Virus record (IMG/VR): IMGVR_UViG_3300025645_000065
DNA from: a virus
Reading direction: 5' to 3' (one strand)
Length of the DNA: 64,000 bases
Under the pieces are notes generated by a model. It had not been told where the DNA came from. It worked only from the letters and a program-made list of their open reading frames with translations, and searched no databases. How positions within the stretch are numbered: position 1 is the first letter of the stretch; each line of letters opens with the position of its first letter. Positions 37,286 through 45,730 of this stretch are shown here, piece after piece. A program made the translations under genes and the position numbers.

Positions 37286-37382
37286 TAATTATGATTGGAT
37301 TCGAACCAATTCCAGCTTTACAATAAAGAGTATATTTCAACTCAACCTTTGTGAGGTGCCGCCAACCAATGGCCTCATAATC
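37286..37382 (-). ncRNA. tRNA-like element, 97 nt. Acceptor GATTATG/CATAATT, T arm ATTGG-TTCGAAT-CCAAT.
   Basis: Hand inspection only. Confidence 0.25.
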
Positions 37383-37678
37383 ATTTTTAGTCTTTTCCTT
37401 ACCTCTTAATAATTACACTGCCAACCGGATGTTACTGTCCGGTGCTTACCAATCATACTGGGGCAATTATTACATTGAGCAGATACTCAGAATCGAACTG
37501 AGATCTCCAGATTGGAAGTCTGGAGTAATAACCGTTATACGATATCTGCTTATTTTTAATATCGAGAATTGTAATGTACTATTTCTATTAATGGCAGACT
37601 CACCTACATTCGGATTTTTAAAACTCCTCTCTATTAAATTATTACCAATACGTCAAAGAACTCTTATTCTTTCTATCT

Positions 37679-37696
37679 TATACTTAAAGATAAGAA
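37679..37696 (-). promoter_or_regulatory. Motif-1 copy
   Basis: tatacttaaagataagaa. Confidence 0.35.
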
Positions 37697-37898
37697 CTAA
37701 TTCTATCTTAAGCAAGCTTTATTTTAATTATCTTCTAGATAGCTTATAACTGTCTTAACAGTTCCCTGCAGGTATCCTACTATTTGTGCATGTGGCTTGC
37801 CGTCTTTCCACATTTGCTCTGATTCGTCTAGGAAGATTTGTAGGGATTTTGCTAATGCTGTTGATTCGTTTTTATTCATAACTCTTATTCTTTTTATC

Positions 37899-37950
37899 TA
37901 TACCTAAAGATACGAAAAAAGGCCTGCCGAAGCAAGCCTTTTCTTTTTTA
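37899..37950 (-). promoter_or_regulatory. Motif-1 copy fused to the terminator hairpin aaaaaaggcctgccgaagcaagccttttc
   Basis: Direct sequence inspection. Confidence 0.45.
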
Positions 37951-37965
37951 TTTTTAAATCTTCTG

Positions 37966-38553
37966 CTAGTATTGGTTAGCTAGGTCCCCTACTATTTCTG
38001 GGTATTCTGAAGTTAAATAATCTAGTTCTTCATCTGATAGTTCATCACCATCTTGATAGTTGCCGGATGCGAAGTAAGCGTCTACAAAGTCCGGACGATC
38101 TTGCAGATCAACTCCGTCAACATCAAGAGAATTTATATCTACTGCTCTGCCGTTTATGTGTACTGTGCTAGAGTCAGCATGTAGTTCTTCCTCTGCCATT
38201 CCCCTTAACTCTCTAGACTCTCCTACCGCTCTACTAACCTCATCCTCATACTCAGCAGGATTGTTGACTAGCTGATTAGCCATCTGGTCGTCCATCCCTA
38301 CTTGACGAAGGATGTACTCCATTGTCTCACCGTCAACATCCATATCCTTGAGCATCTGAATGATTTGCTCGGTGCGTGAGTCTTCCATCGGCGATCCTGC
38401 TTCTGGGATGACTTCCTCAACTTCCTCTACAGGTCGTCCGTCTATGTAAGGTACGCTGTCATCGTCTTGGTCATCGTCCATTTCTTTTTCGTACTCTTTA
38501 GACTCTAGTAAAAGGTTATTCTTTAGGTACTTTCTTAAATCAAAATCGTTCAT
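37966..38553 (-). CDS. Highly acidic protein of the MxNFDL-leader family (MNDFDLRKYL)
   Basis: 195 aa, Asp/Glu-rich. Confidence 0.35.
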   Translation of the reverse strand: MNDFDLRKYLKNNLLLESKEYEKEMDDDQDDDSVPYIDGRPVEEVEEVIPEAGSPMEDSRTEQIIQMLKDMDVDGETMEYILRQVGMDDQMANQLVNNPAEYEDEVSRAVGESRELRGMAEEELHADSSTVHINGRAVDINSLDVDGVDLQDRPDFVDAYFASGNYQDGDELSDEELDYLTSEYPEIVGDLANQY

Positions 38554-38731
38554 TGGTTTGTATTATATGTTATAAATATAGTGAATTCTAATATAAAGTA
38601 CTACTTAATCCAAAAGAAACTCTTTAGGTATTCTAATACTATGCTAAAGTAGTTCTCAACTACTAAGAAAGATAGTACAGTAGGGTGGCTATGCTCTCCA
38701 CAAAGCCCTAATGTATGCTTTATAATTTCTA

Positions 38732-38953
38732 TCATAAGTTACCTTCTAATATTTCATTAACCTGTGCACTCGTTTGATCGACTAACTTTGCTAGATTGCC
38801 GGTATTGATGTCTACTACTGTTACTTGGTACTTACATCCTACTGTGAAAAGTTCATCATCGAAAGCAGATACTGTTACTAACATCCCGCTGTCTAATAGT
38901 TCAGTTGCTTGTGCCACTCCCCCGCTTGTTTTAAATTTTATATCTTTTATCAT
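38732..38953 (-). CDS. Hypothetical small protein
   Basis: 73 aa ORF. Confidence 0.25.
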   Translation of the reverse strand: MIKDIKFKTSGGVAQATELLDSGMLVTVSAFDDELFTVGCKYQVTVVDINTGNLAKLVDQTSAQVNEILEGNL

Positions 38954-38960
38954 TTTATTT

Positions 38961-39164
38961 CTAATGCTGTACTGTTCTCAAGCCTCTCTTAATTTGAATG
39001 TTTAATGGGTGCTTTTTATTAAATTCAATTAGCTGATGCTTATAGTCTGGGCTGACTAGTAAGCGATCTATCACATCTTGGATGATCTCTTTTCTCTCGT
39101 ACAATGTTTCTAAACTTGACATTCTCTTCTTTCTTATTATACCTAAAGATATGAAAACCTCCAT
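38961..39164 (-). CDS. Hypothetical small protein
   Basis: 67 aa ORF. Confidence 0.25.
   Translation of the reverse strand: MEVFISLGIIRKKRMSSLETLYERKEIIQDVIDRLLVSPDYKHQLIEFNKKHPLNIQIKRGLRTVQH
39138..39155 (-). promoter_or_regulatory. Motif-1 copy
   Basis: tatacctaaagatatgaa. Confidence 0.35.
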
Positions 39165-39233
39165 CTAAAAGCAAGAGTTATTTTAAAAAAGAAAAGCCTA
39201 CCGAAGTAGGCTCTCTTAAGGGTGCTACAGTAA

Positions 39234-39401
39234 CTACTCCGCAATAGCAGAGTCATCTACTATAGAGTCGGTAAACATTGTTGTATCCCCACAGCAATCA
39301 ATAGCAGCGCTATCAACTAAGGTGCTTTCAACCGGTTCTGATGTGTTTGTGCAGGAAGCTAAACTTGCTGCTAGTACTAATACGTAAAATACTTTTTTCA
39401 T
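39234..39401 (-). CDS. Putative small lipoprotein (MKKVFYVLVLAASLASC lipobox)
   Basis: 55 aa ORF below the track cut-off, translated by hand. It carries a signal peptide with Cys at +1. Confidence 0.35.
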   Translation of the reverse strand: MKKVFYVLVLAASLASCTNTSEPVESTLVDSAAIDCCGDTTMFTDSIVDDSAIAE

Positions 39402-39426
39402 TTGTTTAATTTATTATTTGGTTTGT

Positions 39427-39951
39427 TTATATATACTTTTTAATTTGCTCTACCCTTTGCTTAGGCGAACCAGTAACGGTTAGATATTCTATGTTATTAT
39501 ACTCTAACTCCTTTACAAATTCCTTATCGATAGATTCTCTCCACTCTTCGTTAATACTCCTTACTCCGTCCTCTACGGATTTAAACTCTATAGGGAAGTA
39601 GATAAACTTTGTATAACAGTGTCTAACCCTATCCCATGTTCCTTCTATATAGTCTATCGTAGCTTTATCGATACCATCTAAGAACCTGGAATACACTACT
39701 AGATCTAGGTATCCTCTATCGAGTACTAGGTTACTATCCTGAAGTAATGCTTCTAAGTGGAAGCTTGAAATAGCCAATTGAGTAGCATTAGTTCCTTCTT
39801 CATTTATAGGAAATCCATAACTCCGTACTGTTCGAGTACTTTCTGAGATAAATTTATAATACTTTAACTCTAACTTAAGTAACTCCGCCACAGTCGTCTT
39901 CCCCGTACTTGAAGCTCCTACTAATACTACCCTTTGGTTATTCATTGCCAT
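39427..39951 (-). CDS. P-loop NTPase / nucleoside(tide)-kinase-like protein
   Basis: 174 aa with the Walker A motif VVLVGASSTGKTTV. Confidence 0.45.
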   Translation of the reverse strand: MAMNNQRVVLVGASSTGKTTVAELLKLELKYYKFISESTRTVRSYGFPINEEGTNATQLAISSFHLEALLQDSNLVLDRGYLDLVVYSRFLDGIDKATIDYIEGTWDRVRHCYTKFIYFPIEFKSVEDGVRSINEEWRESIDKEFVKELEYNNIEYLTVTGSPKQRVEQIKKYI

Positions 39952-39984
39952 AAATATAATGTCTTAAAAGTTATAAAGCAACTC

Positions 39985-40188
39985 TTAATCCTGTAATACA
40001 TCTATGATTCTAGATTGCTCAGCTTTGATTACTGAGAAGTTCGACTCTCCTTCGAAGTTCTTGTATACCTTAGCTTCGGCATCTGTAGCAGATACAGCCT
40101 CTAGTAAGTATAACTCTTTAACTTTTTGAGATCGTCCGGAATCACTCTCTATTTCAAAGAGTACGGTAACTTGCCAGTACTTACTCAT
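39985..40188 (-). CDS. Hypothetical small protein
   Basis: 67 aa ORF. Its start overlaps the stop of the upstream ORF as TAATG. Confidence 0.25.
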   Translation of the reverse strand: MSKYWQVTVLFEIESDSGRSQKVKELYLLEAVSATDAEAKVYKNFEGESNFSVIKAEQSRIIDVLQD

Positions 40189-40355
40189 TACTTAGCCTCT
40201 AGTACGGATAGTTTTCGGTACTCGGTTACTAGTTTCTTAACCTCTCCGAGTGCTTTTCTTGCTCTTCCTTTTCCTGCTTTTGTTGGTGCGTTGTGGCCTT
40301 CAACAAATTGTTCAAATAGATCCTTGATCTGTTCAAATACTTCCTGTGAATTCAT
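40188..40355 (-). CDS. Small basic protein, possibly DNA-binding (KAGKGRARKALGEVKK)
   Basis: 55 aa ORF translated by hand. It is translationally coupled to the next gene. Confidence 0.25.
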   Translation of the reverse strand: MNSQEVFEQIKDLFEQFVEGHNAPTKAGKGRARKALGEVKKLVTEYRKLSVLEAK

Positions 40356-40360
40356 AATTT

Positions 40361-40612
40361 TTATTTGTTATTAACTGTCTTATTTGACTTACGTCCTTTT
40401 CTCTTAGAGCCTTTAACTGCTCCTGCTACATCTTTTACTTGAGATAGCACTTCTTCAGATGCATCTTTTACATCTTGGAGTTCTTGTTTAACTCGTTTTA
40501 CTCTACGTTTAACTTCTTTTTTAGCAACAGATACTTTTTCTTCTACTTGCTCGTCGATAGTGGTGGTACTCCAAAACCAAGTCCACATTTGTTTTAGGTG
40601 TTTTATTATCAT
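40361..40612 (-). CDS. Hypothetical small protein
   Basis: 83 aa ORF. Confidence 0.25.
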   Translation of the reverse strand: MIIKHLKQMWTWFWSTTTIDEQVEEKVSVAKKEVKRRVKRVKQELQDVKDASEEVLSQVKDVAGAVKGSKRKGRKSNKTVNNK

Positions 40613-40631
40613 AATTTTAAATTAGTTGCTT

Positions 40632-41342
40632 TTAATGTCTACAGATTGATGCGAGTTCAATATTCTTATAGAACTCTGCTTTAGTTGAGTCTTCATTTAG
40701 GAATGCTCCTGTAAGTACTGCAGTCTGCATTGATGCTCCTTGATGTCCTACTCCCCTACATGCTACGCAATTATGTCCTGCATTTATCTGCACTGCTACC
40801 CCTAGGTTACCCTCGCATATCTTATCTACTGCATTGTGTATCGCTACTGTAAGCTGCTCTTGTATTGCCCCTCTTCTGCCGAATTGTTCTACTATCCTAT
40901 TAAGTTTAGATAGCCCTACTACCATGCCGTTTTCAGAGGCTATATATGCTATAGAAACCTTCCCGGTAATCGTTAAGTGGTGGTGACTGCACATTGAAAT
41001 TACCGGTATATTAGACTCCTGCACTATCCCTGAATAGCCATCGCTAGGAAAAGCTGTTACTCTATCTAGAGGATTATACCTTCCAGCAAACAGATCATTC
41101 ACATATGCTTTAGCTACCCTCTTAGGAGTATCGGAAGAGTTAGGATCATTCTCCCAATCTACTCCTAAAGCAGTAAGGAAGCTTCCGAAGTGCTTAGCTG
41201 CTTGGCTGATTATTTTTTCTTTCTCTTTATCAGTTAATCTAGCTTCTGGGCCATCTTTTAACTGCTTCTCTGCTAGTTGGGTTGAAATCCCGTTAGCGAA
41301 TCCTGCTTGAACTAATTCAGTTCCTTCTATAAACTTCTTCAT
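40632..41342 (-). CDS. folE: GTP cyclohydrolase I
   Basis: 236 aa carrying the FolE signature CSHHHL...HNCVACRGV. Confidence 0.75.
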   Translation of the reverse strand: MKKFIEGTELVQAGFANGISTQLAEKQLKDGPEARLTDKEKEKIISQAAKHFGSFLTALGVDWENDPNSSDTPKRVAKAYVNDLFAGRYNPLDRVTAFPSDGYSGIVQESNIPVISMCSHHHLTITGKVSIAYIASENGMVVGLSKLNRIVEQFGRRGAIQEQLTVAIHNAVDKICEGNLGVAVQINAGHNCVACRGVGHQGASMQTAVLTGAFLNEDSTKAEFYKNIELASICRH

Positions 41343-41381
41343 TTGATTGTAATATACGACTTATTCTTTTAGGTGGCAACG

Positions 41382-41714
41382 TTAAATGCCTGCTACTGCA
41401 GTTCTTTTTGTTTCTTCTCTCCTCTCACCCGGCCTGTAGACTACGCTATTAGCATCAAAGTCTTTTGGATCGTAGGTAGAATTCTCTCCATGGTAGTAGT
41501 AGGGTCCATGGTAATCTACAGTAATCATATTTTCAAAGATCTCTCCTAACTGAGACGGGTCCGGGTAGGATACCCTACGCTTGCCGTTATAAGACCTGAA
41601 GTCTCTCTCTGTTGTCCTACACCACCGTCCTGAGGGTATTTGTACCTCGAGTACGTGGCTTGTCTCGTATCCCCAATGTTCTAACTTACCAGTATTTCCT
41701 CTTTTCTCTCCCAT
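41382..41714 (-). CDS. Hypothetical protein
   Basis: 110 aa ORF, preceded by motif-2. Confidence 0.3.
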   Translation of the reverse strand: MGEKRGNTGKLEHWGYETSHVLEVQIPSGRWCRTTERDFRSYNGKRRVSYPDPSQLGEIFENMITVDYHGPYYYHGENSTYDPKDFDANSVVYRPGERREETKRTAVAGI

Positions 41715-41734
41715 CTTTTATTTCCTTATTACGC

Positions 41735-41769
41735 CCGGAATATACGACCGCTATTTTGGGGAACCAACC
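41735..41769 (-). promoter_or_regulatory. Motif-2 copy upstream of 41382..41714
   Basis: ccggaatatacgaccgctattttggggaaccaacc. Confidence 0.35.
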
Positions 41770-41786
41770 CTTCTCGTATATACTTT

Positions 41787-42500
41787 TTATTTCTTTTTAA
41801 ATTGTTCAAACCATTCTTTAAAACTTCCTTTATCCTCACCAATAAACATCATTCCTGCTTCAAAAGCGCTAAGTAAATCTTCCTCACTATACATTCTTTC
41901 AGCTTGCCATTTAGCACCTTCAATAAAATCATTTATTGGATATTCCTTTTCTACTCCCATAGGATATTGCATTTTTACATAGTATTCTGCAGCTTCTTCA
42001 AGTGTGTATGTTTTATCAAACCCTCTGCTTACTCCATCTGAATTTTTGTAGGTTAATTCCTTACCTTGTGAATCTCTTGTATATTCACAACTAAATCCAT
42101 TTGAATTTTTGTAGGTTAGTTCCTTACCGTTTGAATCGTAGGTATATTCAGAATTAACTCCATCTGAATCTTTATAGGTTAATTCCTTACCGTTTGAATC
42201 TCTTGTATATTCATAACTAAATCCATTTGAATTTTTGTAGGTTAATACCTTACCTTGTGAATCATAGGCGTATTCAGAATTAAATCCATCTGAATCTTTA
42301 TAGGTTAATTCCTTACCGTTTGAATCTCTTGTATATTCACAACTAAATCCATCTGAATTTTTATAGGTTAGTTCCTTACCTTGTGAATCGTAGGTATATT
42401 CATAGATATATCCATATGAATTTTTAAAATACTCATAAACTTTGATGCCATTCTCATTGAATAGCTCTAATTTGTCTTCTGTTCCTTGTATGTTTTTCAT
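41787..42500 (-). CDS. YD/RHS-like repeat protein with the shared C-terminal module
   Basis: 237 aa with about 8 YD repeats, ending EGAKWQAERMYSEE...WFEQFKKK. Confidence 0.4.
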   Translation of the reverse strand: MKNIQGTEDKLELFNENGIKVYEYFKNSYGYIYEYTYDSQGKELTYKNSDGFSCEYTRDSNGKELTYKDSDGFNSEYAYDSQGKVLTYKNSNGFSYEYTRDSNGKELTYKDSDGVNSEYTYDSNGKELTYKNSNGFSCEYTRDSQGKELTYKNSDGVSRGFDKTYTLEEAAEYYVKMQYPMGVEKEYPINDFIEGAKWQAERMYSEEDLLSAFEAGMMFIGEDKGSFKEWFEQFKKK

Positions 42501-42508
42501 ATTATTTC

Positions 42509-42691
42509 TTACTTTTTTATACCTGCTGCGAATGCTATTGCTCCAAAAAACGATACTGCTGAGAATGCTAATTCATTCTTAAATCCTGCAAAGTGAATAT
42601 ACTCTTGAATTGTTCCTGTCAGTATGCCTAACCCTAATCCTAGGAATGCTACTGAAATTATTACTGCTGTGAAATTGATTTTCTTTATCAT
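42509..42691 (-). CDS. Small two-TM membrane protein (holin-like candidate)
   Basis: 60 aa, hydrophobic. Confidence 0.25.
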   Translation of the reverse strand: MIKKINFTAVIISVAFLGLGLGILTGTIQEYIHFAGFKNELAFSAVSFFGAIAFAAGIKK

Positions 42692-42705
42692 GACTCTTAT
42701 TATCT

Positions 42706-42750
42706 TATACCTAAAGATACGAAGAAAGACTCACCGAAGCAAGCCTTTTC
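42706..42750 (-). promoter_or_regulatory. Motif-1 copy plus a terminator hairpin (gactcaccgaagcaagccttttc)
   Basis: Direct sequence inspection. Confidence 0.4.
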
Positions 42751-42767
42751 TTTCATATTCTCTCTTT

Positions 42768-42980
42768 CTAGTCCGGTAAAAGCCCGGCTTTCTCGACCGC
42801 TGTCCACAAACGAGACTTCCACAGATCCACAGAGGTTCCTTCTATCTCCGTAACACCCCTTAAAGTAGCCTCAGCTAATTGGGCGATACAAATATCAAAC
42901 TTCTCGTCTGCCTTCTCTAGGTTTCCGACCTTTACAAAATCTCTTCCTTCTTTAAACGTTTTTTTAATTGTACTTATCAT
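42768..42980 (-). CDS. Hypothetical small protein
   Basis: 70 aa ORF. Confidence 0.25.
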   Translation of the reverse strand: MISTIKKTFKEGRDFVKVGNLEKADEKFDICIAQLAEATLRGVTEIEGTSVDLWKSRLWTAVEKAGLLPD

Positions 42981-43126
42981 AATTTTATTTTTAATTAGCT
43001 TCTCTTTTTAACTGCTCTTCTAAGGACATGAATACACATGCATTGTAAAGTTCCTTAGGGTAATCTTTAAACATTTCTACTACCTCCTGATCATTAAGTT
43101 CATGTAGCATCTCTTTTACTGTCATA

Positions 43127-43693
43127 TTACTTAAAAAGTTCTTTTAATTTATGCTTCTCTACAGTATTCTTAACTACCTTCACGTAGTCTGGATTTTCTG
43201 CGTAGCTATTACCGAGGTAGGCATAGTATTCAGCCTCAGTTCTAATACCTCCTAGGTACCTACATTGATAGAAAGCGTAATCATAAATGCTTTCCATCCA
43301 TGTTTCGTAATAAGCATGGTTGTTCTGCGTACCAGCTGCTGTGTTAATTCTCGATTTAGCTTCTCTCATGCCAAATAAGTTGTGATTCTCTCTAAAGATA
43401 CGGCTCTTCCAATGCCCTGTTTCAATAATAGATTGAGCCATCACTATATGAGGCTGTTTTATATGCAGCCGCTTAAGCTCAGCTACTAACTTGTCTTGAG
43501 AAAATTTCTTCTTCTCAGCTTGAACATTTAATACGATTAGTTCTTTCTCGAAGCTTTCTAGGGAATCAAACTTTAGGTACCGTCCTGCAGCAAAGGAGAT
43601 CGCTAAAGCTCCTGCAATAATTAATAGTGAGAGCTTAACACCCTTCCAGTTTCTCTTCCATAGTAGTTCGTCTTTATCAAATTTGTATAACAT
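43127..43693 (-). CDS. Peptidoglycan hydrolase (glucosaminidase / FlgJ-like domain) with an N-terminal TM anchor. Candidate endolysin.
   Basis: 188 aa. Motif QSIIETGHWKS...NHNLFGMREAK matches the glucosaminidase family. Residues 20-40 are hydrophobic. Confidence 0.5.
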   Translation of the reverse strand: MLYKFDKDELLWKRNWKGVKLSLLIIAGALAISFAAGRYLKFDSLESFEKELIVLNVQAEKKKFSQDKLVAELKRLHIKQPHIVMAQSIIETGHWKSRIFRENHNLFGMREAKSRINTAAGTQNNHAYYETWMESIYDYAFYQCRYLGGIRTEAEYYAYLGNSYAENPDYVKVVKNTVEKHKLKELFK

Positions 43694-43706
43694 ATCTTTC
43701 TCTCTT

Positions 43707-43728
43707 TATAGTACTTAAAGATACGAAC
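43707..43728 (-). promoter_or_regulatory. Motif-1 variant (tatagtacttaaagatacgaac)
   Basis: Direct sequence inspection. Confidence 0.3.
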
Positions 43729-43910
43729 AAATAAGTTCTCAGGCAAGGAAAAGGTTTAGAACAAGTCGAACAGTCCTTCGTACGGCATATTATACTGCTT
43801 TAAAGACTGTCTTCGATCGTCCTGTTTTAACAGGTCGTCGGCCATTCTCTTAAGCTGCTTTGCTTTCTGTTCTTTAAGCTTCCTTTCCGCTCTTTCTCCT
43901 TTAAGCTCTT

Positions 43911-44561
43911 TCATTTATTTCTGCTAATATAATCCTCTTCTTTCGGAGGTTCTTCCATCAGCCCTAGTTGCCTGAGGACCCCTAACTGGTATTCGTCTAA
44001 CTCCCATTCGGGTTCCTTCCCTAGTTTATCTTGCGCGGAGTAGTCTTCTATGTGAACTATCTCTCGAGGTGTAAATAGGTTATCAACTGTAAGGAAGTAG
44101 CAGTTATAACAAACTAAACTAATATTGTCTAGCTTATAGTTACTCTTGTTGGTATCCGCAAAATGCAAAAGTAAAGGCATTTTATAATCCGTAACTCTTC
44201 TTTCTTGCATCTTACATATAGCACACTCTTCAGCTAAGTACCCCTCCGCTATAAGTCTGTGTTTAATTTTCTCAGGCTTAAACGAATGAGGTGTAGCCCT
44301 TCCTTCTATAATGTCAAGAAGGCCTATAGTATCGTTCTTCTTTGTAGCGTACAGGAACTTAGGAATACCTACTCCGTATTGATTCTTATGCTGTTCAAAT
44401 AGATTAGTGTACCCCTCCTCAGTAGCATCGTAGAACTTTGCCCATTTCTTATAGTGAGGGAAAGAGCAGGAAAGGTACCTCGAGGCGGCAAGATTTGACT
44501 GCGTCTTACTCATTGCAGTTAGTATCTGCTCTTTTGATAGATCTTTCCTTGCTTTAGCCAT
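43911..44561 (-). CDS. Hypothetical protein with an HNH-like Cys4 motif
   Basis: 216 aa with CAIC...H..N...CYNC. Confidence 0.3.
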   Translation of the reverse strand: MAKARKDLSKEQILTAMSKTQSNLAASRYLSCSFPHYKKWAKFYDATEEGYTNLFEQHKNQYGVGIPKFLYATKKNDTIGLLDIIEGRATPHSFKPEKIKHRLIAEGYLAEECAICKMQERRVTDYKMPLLLHFADTNKSNYKLDNISLVCYNCYFLTVDNLFTPREIVHIEDYSAQDKLGKEPEWELDEYQLGVLRQLGLMEEPPKEEDYISRNK

Positions 44562-44564
44562 TTT

Positions 44565-44789
44565 CTAATCTAAAGTATTCTTTCTTAATTCATCTTTAAA
44601 AAGAGTCTCGTACTCGTCGTGTTCCATTACTACAATATCATTGTAGGTATGATCTCCTGTACCTTTAGTAACCGTTACTGCTTTCTTAGGAGCAGCTGTT
44701 GAACAGTTAACACAGGTCTTAGTATTGGGCAACGCCCTTAACCGTCCTTGTGGTATTTCTTCACCACAGTAAATACATTCTGTTTGCAT
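44565..44789 (-). CDS. TraR/DksA-type C4 zinc-finger protein
   Basis: 74 aa with CIYCGEEIPQGRL...CVNC. Confidence 0.45.
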   Translation of the reverse strand: MQTECIYCGEEIPQGRLRALPNTKTCVNCSTAAPKKAVTVTKGTGDHTYNDIVVMEHDEYETLFKDELRKNTLD

Positions 44790-44801
44790 ATGTGTTATTT
44801 G

Positions 44802-45209
44802 TTATTCTTTGTATTTGTATATTATGAAGTCAAATAGATCAGAAGCTTCTTTAAACTCATACTCCTTACCGTCTTCGTCTTCCCATTTAGTTAATTTACC
44901 TGCAGCATTTTTTCTCTCATGAACATACCACCATATAAGATCTGCTGCTCCATCTTCATACGTAAAGTCGATTAAGTCCTCTATAATATCCCAATACGGT
45001 TCAGCCATCGTACTCATATCTACTTTGTACTCTTCGTACATAGCATGTTCATTATGCACTAGCTTCTCTAGATGGTTAATAATTCTACTGAACCACTTTC
45101 TTTCTTCTTCTAAATCTGACTCCTCTAACTCGTCTGAGATATCTTGACTTACCAACCTGATACTCAGGAGCTTTTCTAGAGTCTGTTTTACGATATCATC
45201 GTTCATCAT
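44802..45209 (-). CDS. Hypothetical acidic protein
   Basis: 135 aa ORF. Confidence 0.3.
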   Translation of the reverse strand: MMNDDIVKQTLEKLLSIRLVSQDISDELEESDLEEERKWFSRIINHLEKLVHNEHAMYEEYKVDMSTMAEPYWDIIEDLIDFTYEDGAADLIWWYVHERKNAAGKLTKWEDEDGKEYEFKEASDLFDFIIYKYKE

Positions 45210-45368
45210 ACTACTTCTTTATCACTACTACGCTAAACATATTTAAGAAAGTATCGATAGGCAGGTTCTTAATTTGTGCAAAAGTGGTAATTGCATCTTC
45301 TAAAGTACTGAAGGTACCGCTTCCGATAACCTCTTTGGTCGGGCTGTTTTTAATGTAGTATCCTATTT

Positions 45369-45695
45369 TCATAAATTTTCTATTATTTTTTTAATTAGTA
45401 CGCATCTGTCGTAGTCTTCATCCTCTTCTGCATATCGTAGCATAGTGTTGAGAAGGTTCTTATACTGGTTCTTCTTTACTATGTAGTCTTGGTTATGGTG
45501 AGGTAATCTAAACGCTATAAACCTTTCTTTCCCGTTCTTGACAGCTAAGAGCAGGTTCGTATAAAGTAGGGTTGTTATGATCTCTCTGAAGCTTTCGCTG
45601 TGTAAAGACTCTCTAACAGCTTCTTTAGTCTCGTCAGGATCATCCTCTCCCATTACAATATCTAAATATATTAATGTTTCTTCTTCCTCTTTCAT
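45369..45695 (-). CDS. Hypothetical protein
   Basis: 108 aa ORF. Confidence 0.3.
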   Translation of the reverse strand: MKEEEETLIYLDIVMGEDDPDETKEAVRESLHSESFREIITTLLYTNLLLAVKNGKERFIAFRLPHHNQDYIVKKNQYKNLLNTMLRYAEEDEDYDRCVLIKKIIENL

Positions 45696-45730
45696 TACGT
45701 AAATATAATATAAATAGAGGTGTAATGCAA

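Noticed and set aside
34523-37382. Repeat-and-variable-spacer architecture that could suggest a CRISPR array
   Set aside because: The repeats are tRNA acceptor, D and T arms, 25 nt on each side of every variable core. They are not single palindromic 28-37-nt repeats, unit spacing is irregular, and there are no cas genes.
41382-41714. QueD (6-pyruvoyl-tetrahydropterin synthase-like) immediately downstream of FolE
   Set aside because: The protein lacks the CxxxHGH zinc-binding motif, so nothing beyond gene position supports the call.
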